Below the pieces are notes generated by a model. The model was not told the origin of the DNA. It did not search any database and was given only the letters and a program-made list of their open reading frames with translations. From a virus, in IMG/VR virus record IMGVR_UViG_3300025887_000011, positions 1 through 64,000 of that record: DNA of 64,000 nt. One strand, given 5' to 3'. The first letter of the stretch is position 1. The number at the start of each line of letters is the position of its first letter. A program made the translations under genes and the position numbers. This document shows positions 9,294 through 19,600 of the stretch, one piece after another.

Positions 9294-9635
9294 TTAAGAT
9301 AACCAAGTTTCTGGTTCGTCCCATGTTTCGCTTTCATCCCAAACTTTAGAGTTTTCCCATGCGCTTGTTTCTTCCCACAGTTCAGCCTCGACCCATAAAG
9401 AGGTGCTTAATGGTGGTTCAGGTGGTCCAGGCGCTTCAGTTACAGTCCAAACGCATTGGTTCCTCCAAATCTTTTCATTTTCCCATAGGGAACCGTCGCA
9501 TACATCTTGCTCTTTCCAAATGCAATCATCATCCCATTTTACAAGGTCCTTCCAAGAAGCGATGCAACAACCACCTAAGACGACGGCTACAAACCTTCTT
9601 CTTATAGTGTTACCAAGTAATCTTAGAACTCTCAT
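9294..9635 (-). CDS. Trp/acidic hexad-repeat protein
   Basis: W every 6 residues in two blocks, separated by a Pro linker. Confidence 0.6.
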   Translation of the reverse strand: MRVLRLLGNTIRRRFVAVVLGGCCIASWKDLVKWDDDCIWKEQDVCDGSLWENEKIWRNQCVWTVTEAPGPPEPPLSTSLWVEAELWEETSAWENSKVWDESETWDEPETWLS

Positions 9636-9638
9636 TTT

Positions 9639-9890
9639 TTAGCTAGAATAGTACACGATGGCATCCCCAGAAAGGTGGATGGTGGTCCATTCGCCAACAA
9701 TTACATCGCCAAGAACGATTGTGGCTCCAACAAAATTAGCGATGCTTCCTTCTGTGCCAGCCATTACAGCTGTATCAGCAAGTGCATGTATTGCCATGAA
9801 TTTTCCAGTTACTGTTTGATCCCCTACGATTCGCTCTCCGCCGTAGTGACCTACTTGTTTTAAAAGTGTAGATTGTGTTGATGTCGACAT
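9639..9890 (-). CDS. Small beta-rich hypothetical (probable virion) protein
   Basis: Heads the minus-strand fibre operon; GTGTA motif 9 nt upstream. Confidence 0.6.
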   Translation of the reverse strand: MSTSTQSTLLKQVGHYGGERIVGDQTVTGKFMAIHALADTAVMAGTEGSIANFVGATIVLGDVIVGEWTTIHLSGDAIVYYSS

Positions 9891-9915
9891 AAAAATACAT
9901 ACACATAAATGGTTA

Positions 9916-10170
9916 TTATGGCAAATATTTCAATGATATTCTTCCAACTTTTGAAGATTCGTCGGCCACAAAACCATCGATTATAACCTCTCCGTCGACA
10001 AAATATATATTTTTTATATCAAAACTATAATCTTTACTATTAATTTTCGTAGTAGCTATATTATTCTTTTCAGAGAAAACAAAATTAGGCATAGAAAAAA
10101 CAACGCCATCTAGATATTCTGTAGTTTTATTTACCCCTATAACTTTAAAGTTGCAGTTTTTTAATTTCAT
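9916..10170 (-). CDS. Hypothetical protein
   Basis: ORF in a packed co-oriented run. Confidence 0.55.
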   Translation of the reverse strand: MKLKNCNFKVIGVNKTTEYLDGVVFSMPNFVFSEKNNIATTKINSKDYSFDIKNIYFVDGEVIIDGFVADESSKVGRISLKYLP

Positions 10171-10666
10171 ATTCTAGGTGTTTCTTTTTTATTATTAGTT
10201 TTTCTGAGTAACCTTTTTTTATTTTTTTGATTTCAAAAGCTTTACACCATCTTTTAATAAACTTGATCATTGATGCTTTTTTATGCCTTCTTCTTACCTT
10301 TGCATTTATTTTGTCATATCCAGATAACTCCATAGCTTTTAAGCAACATATATAAAATCCCCATCTTAATTCTTTTAGCTTTTTTACTGAAGAAAAAGCT
10401 TGGGCTGGGAAAACAAAAGAAAGATCTATCGTTTTCGATTGTTCTTTTTTATCAAAAAAACAATAAATAACAGGTTTGTTTCTATCGTTTATCGAAAATA
10501 TAGCTATATCTGACGAATGAAGTTCTGCAAGGTAAGACTTTGCTTGTATTGTTTTTGATTCTAAAGAGCCGTATTCAACCTCTTCAATAGGCAAAGAAGA
10601 TATACAGAAATCAACAAATCTTTTTTTAAAAAAGATATTATTAAAATCTATTTCTTTTATCTTCAT
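10145..10666 (-). CDS. Hypothetical protein, possibly GNAT-like
   Basis: ORF with ATGA overlap; GNAT resemblance is weak. Confidence 0.5.
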   Translation of the reverse strand: MKIKEIDFNNIFFKKRFVDFCISSLPIEEVEYGSLESKTIQAKSYLAELHSSDIAIFSINDRNKPVIYCFFDKKEQSKTIDLSFVFPAQAFSSVKKLKELRWGFYICCLKAMELSGYDKINAKVRRRHKKASMIKFIKRWCKAFEIKKIKKGYSEKLIIKKKHLEYEIKKLQL

Positions 10667-10860
10667 TTCTTCCCAGCAAAGTAAAGCATTTTAGAATCAA
10701 TGGTCTCTCCAGATTCATTTAAGGTATCTTCATATACATAACCTCTTTCAGATGTAGCACAGTCCAAAGCCCACTGGTAACAGTCCTTCAGTTTAGCTGA
10801 ATAACTTTGCCTATATCTTTTTTTGTTGTCAAAAACCCTATAAATTTTATTAGTTACCAT
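10663..10860 (-). CDS. Hypothetical protein
   Basis: 65 aa, overlaps the next gene by 4 nt. Confidence 0.55.
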   Translation of the reverse strand: MVTNKIYRVFDNKKRYRQSYSAKLKDCYQWALDCATSERGYVYEDTLNESGETIDSKMLYFAGKK

Positions 10861-10975
10861 ATTATTTTGTGTTTGTATAAAGGTATATTAAGAAAATGCA
10901 TTAAAACTTCAACTTTTATTTTATATTAATAATCACTTTAAAAACGTACAAATTTTTATATTATCAATATAATAA

Positions 10976-10980
10976 GTGTA
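10976..10980 (+). promoter_or_regulatory. GTGTA motif, candidate phage (late) promoter; also at 1345-1349(-), 9241-9245(-), 9900-9904(-), 47928-47932(-), 50685-50689(-), 53691-53695(+)
   Basis: Intergenic, sense-oriented GTGTA followed by AT-rich sequence; 9-13 nt before the ATG in five of seven cases. Confidence 0.6.
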
Positions 10981-10989
10981 AAATAAAAT

Positions 10990-11952
10990 ATGGACAAAGG
11001 AAGCATGAAGGTTGCTAGAGAATTGTTGAGCTTAGAGCCAACAGCTATAGTAGAACTATACACAATATACCCAAACTTCAAAAAAAGAAGCGATGTGGTT
11101 TTTAATGTTCATAATGGTTCATTATTTGGAGGAGATATAGTATGGCAAGGTGTCAATTATAGCCCTCTACCAATGGAAATAGAAGGTTTCGAGGTGGAGG
11201 CAAACGGCAGATTAAGCAGACCGAAACTTAGAATATCAAATAAAGATCTTTATTTGTCTGATTTGCTTTCTAAATGGGATGATTTTATTAATGGAAAGGT
11301 TTACAGAAAAAGAACATTTTTAAAATTCATAGACGATGAAAACTTTGATGGAGGGAATCCTTTTGGAGAAGCCGACCCAACAGCAGAATTGACAAATCAA
11401 GTTTTTCTTGTTTCTCAAAAAACACAAGAGAACAGGGCTTATATAGAATTAGAACTTACAACACCCCTTGATTTAGACAACAGCCAAATAAATAGCAGAA
11501 GGATTATGGCTAAATTTTGCTATTGGAAATATAGAGGCAATGGTTGTGGATATGAGGGTCCACCGCTACAAAAAGGAGATGGATTACCTTTTTATAATTT
11601 TACTGGTAGTATCCAAGACCCAAGAGGTATACCAGATTTTAAATACGGAAACCCAGATGATTTGTATGACGAAAATAAAGTTTATGGAATAAATGAACTT
11701 TCATACGTAGAAAATCCAAATGTAATGGTAAGTGATCCTGAAGGATTTAAAGATCCAGAGCCAGCATTAACTTATTATGTAGCTTCTTCTGGTGATTTGA
11801 GTGGATATCATCCAGAAAAACACCCAGAATACTGGAATGCTGACGGATGCAATAAACAGCTGTCTTCTTGCAAATTAAGATTTGGGGATGAAAGAATACC
11901 ATTTGGAGGATTCCCTGGGACTCAAGGTTATCAATTTAGGGCTGGTAGTTAA
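10990..11952 (+). CDS. Lambda gpL-like minor tail protein
   Basis: GRLSRPKLRISN, RKRTFLKFID..NF, CYWKYRG.GCGY, C.K.LSSCKLRF, PFGGFPG; the four Fe-S cysteines of gpL are present. Confidence 0.93.
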   Translation: MDKGSMKVARELLSLEPTAIVELYTIYPNFKKRSDVVFNVHNGSLFGGDIVWQGVNYSPLPMEIEGFEVEANGRLSRPKLRISNKDLYLSDLLSKWDDFINGKVYRKRTFLKFIDDENFDGGNPFGEADPTAELTNQVFLVSQKTQENRAYIELELTTPLDLDNSQINSRRIMAKFCYWKYRGNGCGYEGPPLQKGDGLPFYNFTGSIQDPRGIPDFKYGNPDDLYDENKVYGINELSYVENPNVMVSDPEGFKDPEPALTYYVASSGDLSGYHPEKHPEYWNADGCNKQLSSCKLRFGDERIPFGGFPGTQGYQFRAGS

Positions 11953-11960
11953 TAAAAATA

Positions 11961-12374
11961 ATGAAAAACAACAAAAAAGAAATTTTTGAGTCTCAAGATT
12001 TAGAAAAGTGCCTAGATAAAATAAAGGATTGGTCTACAAAAAGAAAAGCTGTAGAAATCTGCGGTTTTTTAGGTTTTAAAAATGATAAATATATATTGTG
12101 GCATTGTCAAAATATAGCAGAAGACCCTACTAAATACTTCGCAATAGACCCTTTAGATTTTCTAGTTTTTAAGGAAGAAAATAAAATACTTTGCGTTTTT
12201 CATAGTCATATATTTGGCAATGAAAACCCATCTGAATTTGATGTTACTATGTCTGAAAACTGTTGCGTTCCATTTATGATTTATTCATTGAATACAAAAA
12301 AATTCAAAATATTCAAACCAAAGACTAACGAAGCAGACGGTTTTATATTATCTAAAGTAGAGAAAGCTATATGA
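11961..12374 (+). CDS. JAB/MPN metalloprotease (gpK-like, no NlpC/P60 domain)
   Basis: EICGF and intact JAMM motif HSH-x7-S-x2-D (FHSHIFGNENPSEFD); lies between gpL and gpI. Confidence 0.9.
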   Translation: MKNNKKEIFESQDLEKCLDKIKDWSTKRKAVEICGFLGFKNDKYILWHCQNIAEDPTKYFAIDPLDFLVFKEENKILCVFHSHIFGNENPSEFDVTMSENCCVPFMIYSLNTKKFKIFKPKTNEADGFILSKVEKAI

Positions 12375-13789
12375 CTAAAGTTGTTATACATGGAAATCTT
12401 GCTAATGTTTTTGGAAGGGATTTTAAATGCAAAGTGTCTTCTATAAAAGAGGTATTTAATTTTCTTGAAGCAAATAGACCTGGTTTTTATGCAAAACTAC
12501 AAAAACTGTCAAAACAGGGAATGCATTATGCTATCATAGCAGACGGAGAAAAACTCTCTAAGTTAAATCAGATAGAGAATATAAAAAAAATAAAAAGAAT
12601 AGATATTGTTCCTGCTGTAGTTGGAAGCGGACCAATAGCAGTTGGAATAGGAGCAACAATTGCAACCATAGGTTTATCTACAGCTTTAGCAGCTGGCACA
12701 ATAAGTATGACTACATTTATTATAGCTTCTGTAGTAGTTGCTGTTGTCAGCATGGCATTACAAATGATGCTTGCTCCCAAACCCCCAACGCCTCCAGCAA
12801 TAGAAAGCACAACTAGAGCTTTGGAGCAATCGTTCACTTTTGCGAATAAAGATAATGTAGCCGCTCAAGGGTCTCAAATACCATTCGGATATGGAAGACT
12901 TCTTTGTCCAACTTTTGTAATTGAATCTTCAACGAAAAATTACCCGCAAAACATCAGAGCTAACCAAATATTTTCAAACGAAATTAAAGACAACTACCTA
13001 GGTGGCAACGTCGATAGAGAAAAATCAAGTATTGTTTTCCCAACAGAAAAGCCTGACAATGTAGAAGTTTGGGGGCAAGATTCCAGTTTTGATTTTGAAC
13101 ATGAATCATTTTGGGACCCTCTTCAATGTATAGGCGCTCGGAGTTTGCAAATCGAAGGAATAGGAACTCATCTTGTTGAGTTTCACGACGATCCTAATCA
13201 TAGATTAAAGGTTTATCGATGGAACCAATCGTCTACTCTTAATTACACAAACTACTTTCAACAATCGCTTGGGGCGGGATTCTGGTCGGGAGTGTTTTAC
13301 ATGAATGGAGACGGAGGGATTCAACAACGTGTTCTAACTCCCAACGGAATGAACTCTGGATTCTATCAGTATAATACAATTAGTTTCGAAAATAACACCC
13401 CAGAAGTCCAAAGAGACAATCCTCATTGTCAACCTCCTTATGTATCTCCACAATGGGGCAAGAGCGTAAGTTTCGACGTCAAAAACTCCATACGAATAGT
13501 TGTGACAGATTATGATCAAAAACCAGGTTACAATCCTTCAACAGACCCAAGTCCTCCTGGAATCATACGTGCAGAATTTTCTATTAATTTCACAACTACA
13601 AGAACAGTTATATTTGGCAAAACGGGAGAAATTCCACAAAACCTGGACAGAACAAAGATTTTTTATTGGCAGGTTTCAAACTCTGGTAAACCGTCTTCTT
13701 ATCCAAACTATGGGCCTGGCCCATTAACAAGATTTGGAGCAACAAACGGGCAAAGTCCTTCAATAGATAACGGTAAGCTTATAATCTAA
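12371..13789 (+). CDS. gpI-like tail assembly protein A with variable C-terminal extension
   Basis: Ubl-like N-domain (VVIHGNL..FG...IDIVPAVVGSG), hydrophobic helices, N...QG..IP.GYGRL core, then about 280 extra aa. Confidence 0.85.
   Translation: MTKVVIHGNLANVFGRDFKCKVSSIKEVFNFLEANRPGFYAKLQKLSKQGMHYAIIADGEKLSKLNQIENIKKIKRIDIVPAVVGSGPIAVGIGATIATIGLSTALAAGTISMTTFIIASVVVAVVSMALQMMLAPKPPTPPAIESTTRALEQSFTFANKDNVAAQGSQIPFGYGRLLCPTFVIESSTKNYPQNIRANQIFSNEIKDNYLGGNVDREKSSIVFPTEKPDNVEVWGQDSSFDFEHESFWDPLQCIGARSLQIEGIGTHLVEFHDDPNHRLKVYRWNQSSTLNYTNYFQQSLGAGFWSGVFYMNGDGGIQQRVLTPNGMNSGFYQYNTISFENNTPEVQRDNPHCQPPYVSPQWGKSVSFDVKNSIRIVVTDYDQKPGYNPSTDPSPPGIIRAEFSINFTTTRTVIFGKTGEIPQNLDRTKIFYWQVSNSGKPSSYPNYGPGPLTRFGATNGQSPSIDNGKLII
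12935..13010 (+). repeat. 76-bp repeat at the core/extension junction of the gpI paralogues (copies 15678-15753 and about 14290-14356)
   Basis: A vs C: 6 mismatches in 76 nt; encodes KN(Y/F)PQNxRANQIFSNxIKD. Confidence 0.9.
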
Positions 13790-15090
13790 TGACAAAAATA
13801 TTTCTACACGGAATTCTTGGAGTGAAGTTTAAAAAAACTTTTGTTGCTAAAATAGATAAAATTGAAGATGTCTTTGGTTTTTTAAAAGCCAACAATCCAA
13901 AGTTTGAAAAAGAAATTTGCGACATGCATTTAAATGGCGTTAATTACTGCTTGATAGTAGATGGAAAAAAAATAAAAACAAAGGAAGAACTTAGTTTAAA
14001 GAAAAGACCCAAAGAAGTTCACCTGGTCCCTATCTTAGTCGGCCATGGACCATATTCAGCTATAGCTGTTATTGTTGCAAAAGTTATCTTCGCCGTAGTT
14101 GCTTTGTATCTTATTGTAATTTTGCTAACCTCTAAACCACCAAAACCGCCAAGCCTGGAACAATCGACAAGAGCTTTAGAAGAGTCTTACGGCATTAACA
14201 ATAAACCCAATATAACAGCACAAGGAACACAGGTTCCAGTAGGTTATGGAAGATTACTTATTGGAACTCACGTTATAGAATATACTGAAAAAAACTACCC
14301 ACAAAACGTCAGGGCTAACCAAATATTTTCGAATGGAATTAAAGACGGCTACTTAGTTAGTAGCGAACCTAATATTAATACAATACTATGGCCAACAGAA
14401 ACCCCTCCAGAGTACGACGGCTGGGGCGACAATCAGGTTCTAGAATACGAGGGCGAGACATATCACGACCCAGACAGAAATCATGGAGGCACAGGACCAT
14501 TAATATTTCGATGTTGGGAAGGTATTTCTTTTCTTACATTCGGTTACTACTCAATTACAACCCATGTCCCAGAAGGCGGGCTAAACAAGCAAAGATTTGC
14601 TCTTTGGAGTATGCCTATTGATAATTACAACACGGAAAGGACTTCAAGACCTGAAATCTGCACTTCAGGAAGTTCAAGTATTAATGGTGTCCAAAGATGG
14701 TATTTCGGCAGTCTCACACAAATGACCGACAGTAATACTAATGAATTCTACCTAACCAAATACCCGACAAGCAGGCCAGATCCAGAAACAGGAGATCATA
14801 TACTAGGTCGTTTTACTATAACGATCTCTAATGTTATCAAGATTACATACTTTGATAATGGATATGAACTCAGCGGGAACTGCTCAACTGTCTATTACCC
14901 TCCGTGCAACAGGGGTGTATATCTAAATTACCTTACCGTTCCAGAAACAGACAACAACGGTCGATGCCAAATACTCACTACTAAGATTCCTAATATTAAT
15001 TGTGGAATAGATGAAGCTTTTAAATTTAGGGCAGGAGGCTCGCTAATTCAAGGGGCTGAAATTCCTTACGGTGAAGTACCACAAGGTTAA
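13789..15090 (+). CDS. gpI-like tail assembly protein B with variable C-terminal extension
   Basis: IFLHGILG..F...VHLVPILVGHG, one hydrophobic helix, QGTQVPVGYGRL, Cys-containing extension. Confidence 0.85.
   Translation: MTKIFLHGILGVKFKKTFVAKIDKIEDVFGFLKANNPKFEKEICDMHLNGVNYCLIVDGKKIKTKEELSLKKRPKEVHLVPILVGHGPYSAIAVIVAKVIFAVVALYLIVILLTSKPPKPPSLEQSTRALEESYGINNKPNITAQGTQVPVGYGRLLIGTHVIEYTEKNYPQNVRANQIFSNGIKDGYLVSSEPNINTILWPTETPPEYDGWGDNQVLEYEGETYHDPDRNHGGTGPLIFRCWEGISFLTFGYYSITTHVPEGGLNKQRFALWSMPIDNYNTERTSRPEICTSGSSSINGVQRWYFGSLTQMTDSNTNEFYLTKYPTSRPDPETGDHILGRFTITISNVIKITYFDNGYELSGNCSTVYYPPCNRGVYLNYLTVPETDNNGRCQILTTKIPNINCGIDEAFKFRAGGSLIQGAEIPYGEVPQG
14467..14517 (+). repeat. 51-bp repeat shared by gpI-B and gpI-C (second copy 15858-15908)
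   Basis: 33 identical nt (gacccagacagaaatcatggaggcacaggacca); 2 mismatches over 51 nt. Confidence 0.9.
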
Positions 15091-15113
15091 CAGCAAAATT
15101 TAAAGAATACAGT

Positions 15114-16613
15114 ATGACAGAAGTAGTATTACATGGAAACTTAGGTGTTAAGTTCGGTAAAAATTTTAAATGTAAAATTTCTTCTGTAAGAGAGGTGTTT
15201 GATTTTATAGATGCAAATAGACCTGGATTTTCTGAATGTCTTAAAAAACTATCTCAGCAAGGCATGCATTATGCCCTTATATTAGATGGTAAAAAGCTTT
15301 CTGACATGAAAGAAATAAATAATAAAAAGAATATAAAAAAAATAGACATTGTTCCAGCTGTCTTAGGAAAAGGACCAATAGCAGTTGGGATAGGGTCGAC
15401 AATTGCAACCATAGCCTTATCATCTGCGTTGGCAGCGGGAACTATAAGTCTTACTACTTTTATAGTAGCATCTGTTGTTATAGCTGTCGTGAGTATGGCT
15501 TTACAAATGATGCTTGCTCCCAAACCTCCAGAAGCACCGTCAATAGAAGCTACAACTAGAGCTTTACAGCAGTCATTTTACTTTGCAAATAAAGCAAACA
15601 TAGCAGAACAAGGAAATACTATTCCAGTTGGTTATGGCAGGTTATTAGTTAGCAGTTATGTGATTGAAGCTTGTAACAAAAACTTCCCGCAAAACACCAG
15701 AGCTAACCAAATATTTTCAAACGGAATTAAAGACAACTACTTAGGTGGTAACGACAAAATAAATATAGATATTTTATTCCCAGATGAAGAGCCTCCTCCA
15801 GATTATCGTGGATGGGGCAGTTCGGTGAGTTTAAGTGGAAACTCTGATTTATATTTTGACCCAGACAGAAATCATGGAGGCACAGGACCAGTAATATTTC
15901 AATGTTGGCAATCTCCTTTTAAGAGTGGAACGTCAAGTTTCGCCTATAGCGTTTCACATCCATATGGTTTTAGGGGTCTTATCTGGGCTCTGTTCAATAG
16001 AGGATCGTCACCAAGACTTAGTTACGCTAAAATAAACCAGTATGGAGGCAGCCCAACCTCTAATTGGGGAGCAAAAGGAATGGCCCAGGTACCCTCTGAC
16101 GGTGTTCCGTTTGAAGGGGTATCAGAAGCAGTTATGCAGGACATTGCTGGTAATGTTCAATGGGGCAATCCATGGGGAGACAGCCAAATACAACAAGGCC
16201 TTGTCGATGTCGCTCAATATAACGACGGTGGGTATCAAGACTACGGGAAAGAAATAAAAATAGCTAATGGATCTTATTCGTACCAACTTTATCTTGTTAA
16301 TTACTTTAACACTTCTTTCAACCCTATAACGAAAGAAGGTGTTATTGCAGAGTCTGTTATAAACGTGAGTCACAATGTAAACGTTATAATGTTCGACAAT
16401 GGATGGCTTCCTAGGTCCGAACCACCCCCAAATGAATGTTCGACTGTTTACTACCCTCCATGTAACAGAATACAGGTTTACGCAAACCAAGGCAATGGAG
16501 GCAACGAATGCACGGTCGGATCTGGAAATATAAAATCTGGACCAATATTTAGAATGGGCGTCATAAATGCAGGAGGTTTAGGAGCTCAAGGAGGAGAAAA
16601 GTCAACTTATTAA
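15114..16613 (+). CDS. gpI-like tail assembly protein C with variable C-terminal extension
   Basis: N-half closely matches A (IDIVPAVLGKGPIAVGIG...ALQMMLAPKPP); extension framework matches B. Confidence 0.85.
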   Translation: MTEVVLHGNLGVKFGKNFKCKISSVREVFDFIDANRPGFSECLKKLSQQGMHYALILDGKKLSDMKEINNKKNIKKIDIVPAVLGKGPIAVGIGSTIATIALSSALAAGTISLTTFIVASVVIAVVSMALQMMLAPKPPEAPSIEATTRALQQSFYFANKANIAEQGNTIPVGYGRLLVSSYVIEACNKNFPQNTRANQIFSNGIKDNYLGGNDKINIDILFPDEEPPPDYRGWGSSVSLSGNSDLYFDPDRNHGGTGPVIFQCWQSPFKSGTSSFAYSVSHPYGFRGLIWALFNRGSSPRLSYAKINQYGGSPTSNWGAKGMAQVPSDGVPFEGVSEAVMQDIAGNVQWGNPWGDSQIQQGLVDVAQYNDGGYQDYGKEIKIANGSYSYQLYLVNYFNTSFNPITKEGVIAESVINVSHNVNVIMFDNGWLPRSEPPPNECSTVYYPPCNRIQVYANQGNGGNECTVGSGNIKSGPIFRMGVINAGGLGAQGGEKSTY

Positions 16614-16628
16614 AAATAAATTTAAAAA

Positions 16629-19600
16629 ATGAAACATTATGAATTAAAAACAGAAGTAGCTGGAGCAGGAGGAAGAAAAGGCAAAAAGCCAAAACCAGCA
16701 ACACTAAAGCCGCCTAAACTTGGCGACTATAAAGTGGCTTCATCTTATACTTATGCAGAAATTTTAGATTTGGTCTCTGATGGCCCTATAGAAGGTCTTG
16801 TTAATAAAAATGGTTATACACTTCCATATAACGCTTTGCTTCAAGGCGTTTATCTTAATAATGTTCCAGTAGAAGAGACAAACGAAAATTTCTTAACAGA
16901 AGCAGGTATAAAAACACCACTTTTGGACCAGTCAAAATTCTCTAGCGGGATTAAAGAAATGTTTGACGATATTCAATTTTCGACAAGGGATGAGATAGAA
17001 GATAAAGGTTTACTTTACCCAGATACAGATAATTTTGCTGACGCTAAAGAAGTATATTACTCTTTCAATACTGGGCTTTATAAGGGCAATCAATTTATAA
17101 ATAAAGTAGAAGATTTAAGTTCTTTAATAAATTTCCCAGCAGACATAAGAAATCCAGAAAAATACCCAGTTGTTACATATGGAGATACTTACGTTTCTGG
17201 AAAATCCGATAACACTCCAATTAGAGGCTCTTTTTTCTCAGACAATAAGTATGAAGCTAATTTTTCAATGGGAATAAAACATATAAATGATGTTTTCCAA
17301 GAAGGAACGAACGCAAAAAAGGGTTTGGATGAATTCTTAGAATCAGTTTATTCAGACAATTTATATATCGGGGAGTACGCAAAAGGAAAACTAAGGTCTT
17401 TCGGTTATACAGAAGAAGATATAGACAATGGAGTAGGAGAACAAAACATAAAAAACCTTTTTGCCAATATATTTTCAAAGCAAATACCAGATTGGTATTT
17501 AAATAGCAATGACTTTATAACCCCTTATGTTTGTATTACTGTAGATGGGGTAATGGAAGGTTATGAATTTTATAATCATGTAAACTATTTTCTAGAAAAA
17601 GATGAAAGTGGTTCTGTTACATCAAAATTAAATTATTATGCTGATTTTGATCTTGATTCAGAATCTAGGTCTGAAGGTCTAAACTTGTCTAGTAATACTC
17701 TATCAATGTTTATTCCGAATTTAGCCGAAAACGGAACTTGGGATGGAAAAGTTCAAGGTTTTTATTTCTTTCTATTAGATGCTGAGTCTGTTGTTTACGA
17801 AAATATAGAAAAAGTTTCTGGTCCTTCTGATTTTGACGCTTTGACTATGGGGATAGATCAGTCTGAACTTTCGTTTTTGAGGAGTTTAAAAGGATTTATA
17901 CTTTCAGACAACAACCCATTGAACAATGAAAAAGCTCCTAAAAAAATAATACCATACTACGAACTATACTCTTTTGAGAGAAAGCTTGTAGATACTGGAG
18001 GATGTGTATTCACAACCGAACTTAACAGGGTATCTTTAGATAAAGGATATTCAGACCAAGATTCCATAGAGTCTATATCTGAAGATAAATATCAAAGCGA
18101 TGTTATAAGAAAAGGCGTTCAAGTTAAGTGGAGTTTTAAATATCAAACTTATCGAGAACGCTTTATGGAAATACCTATAGATATTTGGTGTAAAAAAGTT
18201 TCTGGCATCACTACAGATATACATTATAAAGCAAGGGTATTTTTAGATGGAGAATTAGTCTTAACAGAAGAAAAGACAAATTGGAACACTAATGGAACCG
18301 ATAACCCAGAGCTTTCTGTTAGGATTCCTCCTTCTCAGTTTTTGCAAACAATAACTCTCGATATTGTTGCCTACTCGAGTTTAGAAACCCCAACTTCTTG
18401 CCCTTTTTCATTACCTGTAATACCTGAAGTTAGAGCTAGAGTATTTAGACCTGATATATTTCGTGAGCTTGAAGATGATATTGAAGCTCAAGATGTTGGT
18501 GCGGTAAAATATAACTGGTCAAATGTTTTGGCTGAGTTTAGGCCAGGTTCAAGAAACCAAGCGCCATTAACATATTTTAAAGATGTTAATGTCGATTATA
18601 ATTATCAATACACGCTTCTTGGTCCTTTTAACCCAGATAAAAATGACGGGACGACTGTGCAAAGGATAGTGCAAGGAGACGGAAAACTTAAAAAGCCCGA
18701 CAAGTATCCAATATTAAATATGGCATCAACATTCGTACCTACAATGGACGAAGAATACCTAAGTGCGATACAAGAAGGAAGCTCTGACAAAAGATGGACT
18801 GGAGCTTATAAAACAATTAGTTCTTCTGGCGGTGGTTTAAAAATACGAATAAAGAATCCTGATGACTTCGCTGGTTGGGATGTTAACGGACAAGATTATT
18901 CTGAAGAAGCACAACCTTTAACGCACATTATAGAAAACCCAAATGTAACATCTGTATGGTTTACTTTAAATATAGATGCTTTAAAAGATACTGTACATAG
19001 ATCGATAGGAGACCCAGCTGAACCAGATGTAGATGCTGGATCATCTTTACCAGCAAACGTAAATATAAGAGTAGAGACAGGATTAATAGACTACAACGGA
19101 AAAACAACTACGACTTATAGTAAACTATTTCAGATAACAGCGCTAGTAGAATCTCCTTCTTTGTTGGATATTGGAAATTCAGACAACCAAGGATTACAAT
19201 CTTATTTCGACTATATAAATGTGTATAATGATATTAATGAAGTCGATCAAAATAATAACCCTATCGATAGAGGAGGGATGTTTTCCCCTTTCTTGTTGGA
19301 CGATCCTAAATCTCAAACTGGAGATCCAGATTTAAATACCAAAAACCAAGAACATACATCTACAAAAAGATTTATAAGAGTCACTAAATTGACAACAGAA
19401 ACCAGCTCTACCTTAATTTTCAAAGAGGTAGGTGTTGTAAAATTTTCAGAAATCATACCAGGGCAATGTCAATATCCGTATTCAGCTTACTGTGGCATCA
19501 AAATCGATTCTCGAGTTTTTGCAGACATACCATCAAGATCATACGAAGCTAAATTAAAAAAGGTAAAAATACCATCTAATTACTTCCCTACTTTTAGAAA

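Noticed and set aside
2222-16613. Diversity-generating retroelement behind the LRR or gpI variation
   Set aside because: No reverse transcriptase in the window. The repeat pairs lie inside coding paralogues and their mismatches are not adenine-specific.
11961-16613. Ubiquitin-like conjugation or defence system (Bil/CBASS type)
   Set aside because: No E1 or E2 genes. The Ubl and JAB sit in the canonical gpL-gpK-gpI-gpJ context, and the GxG motif is internal.
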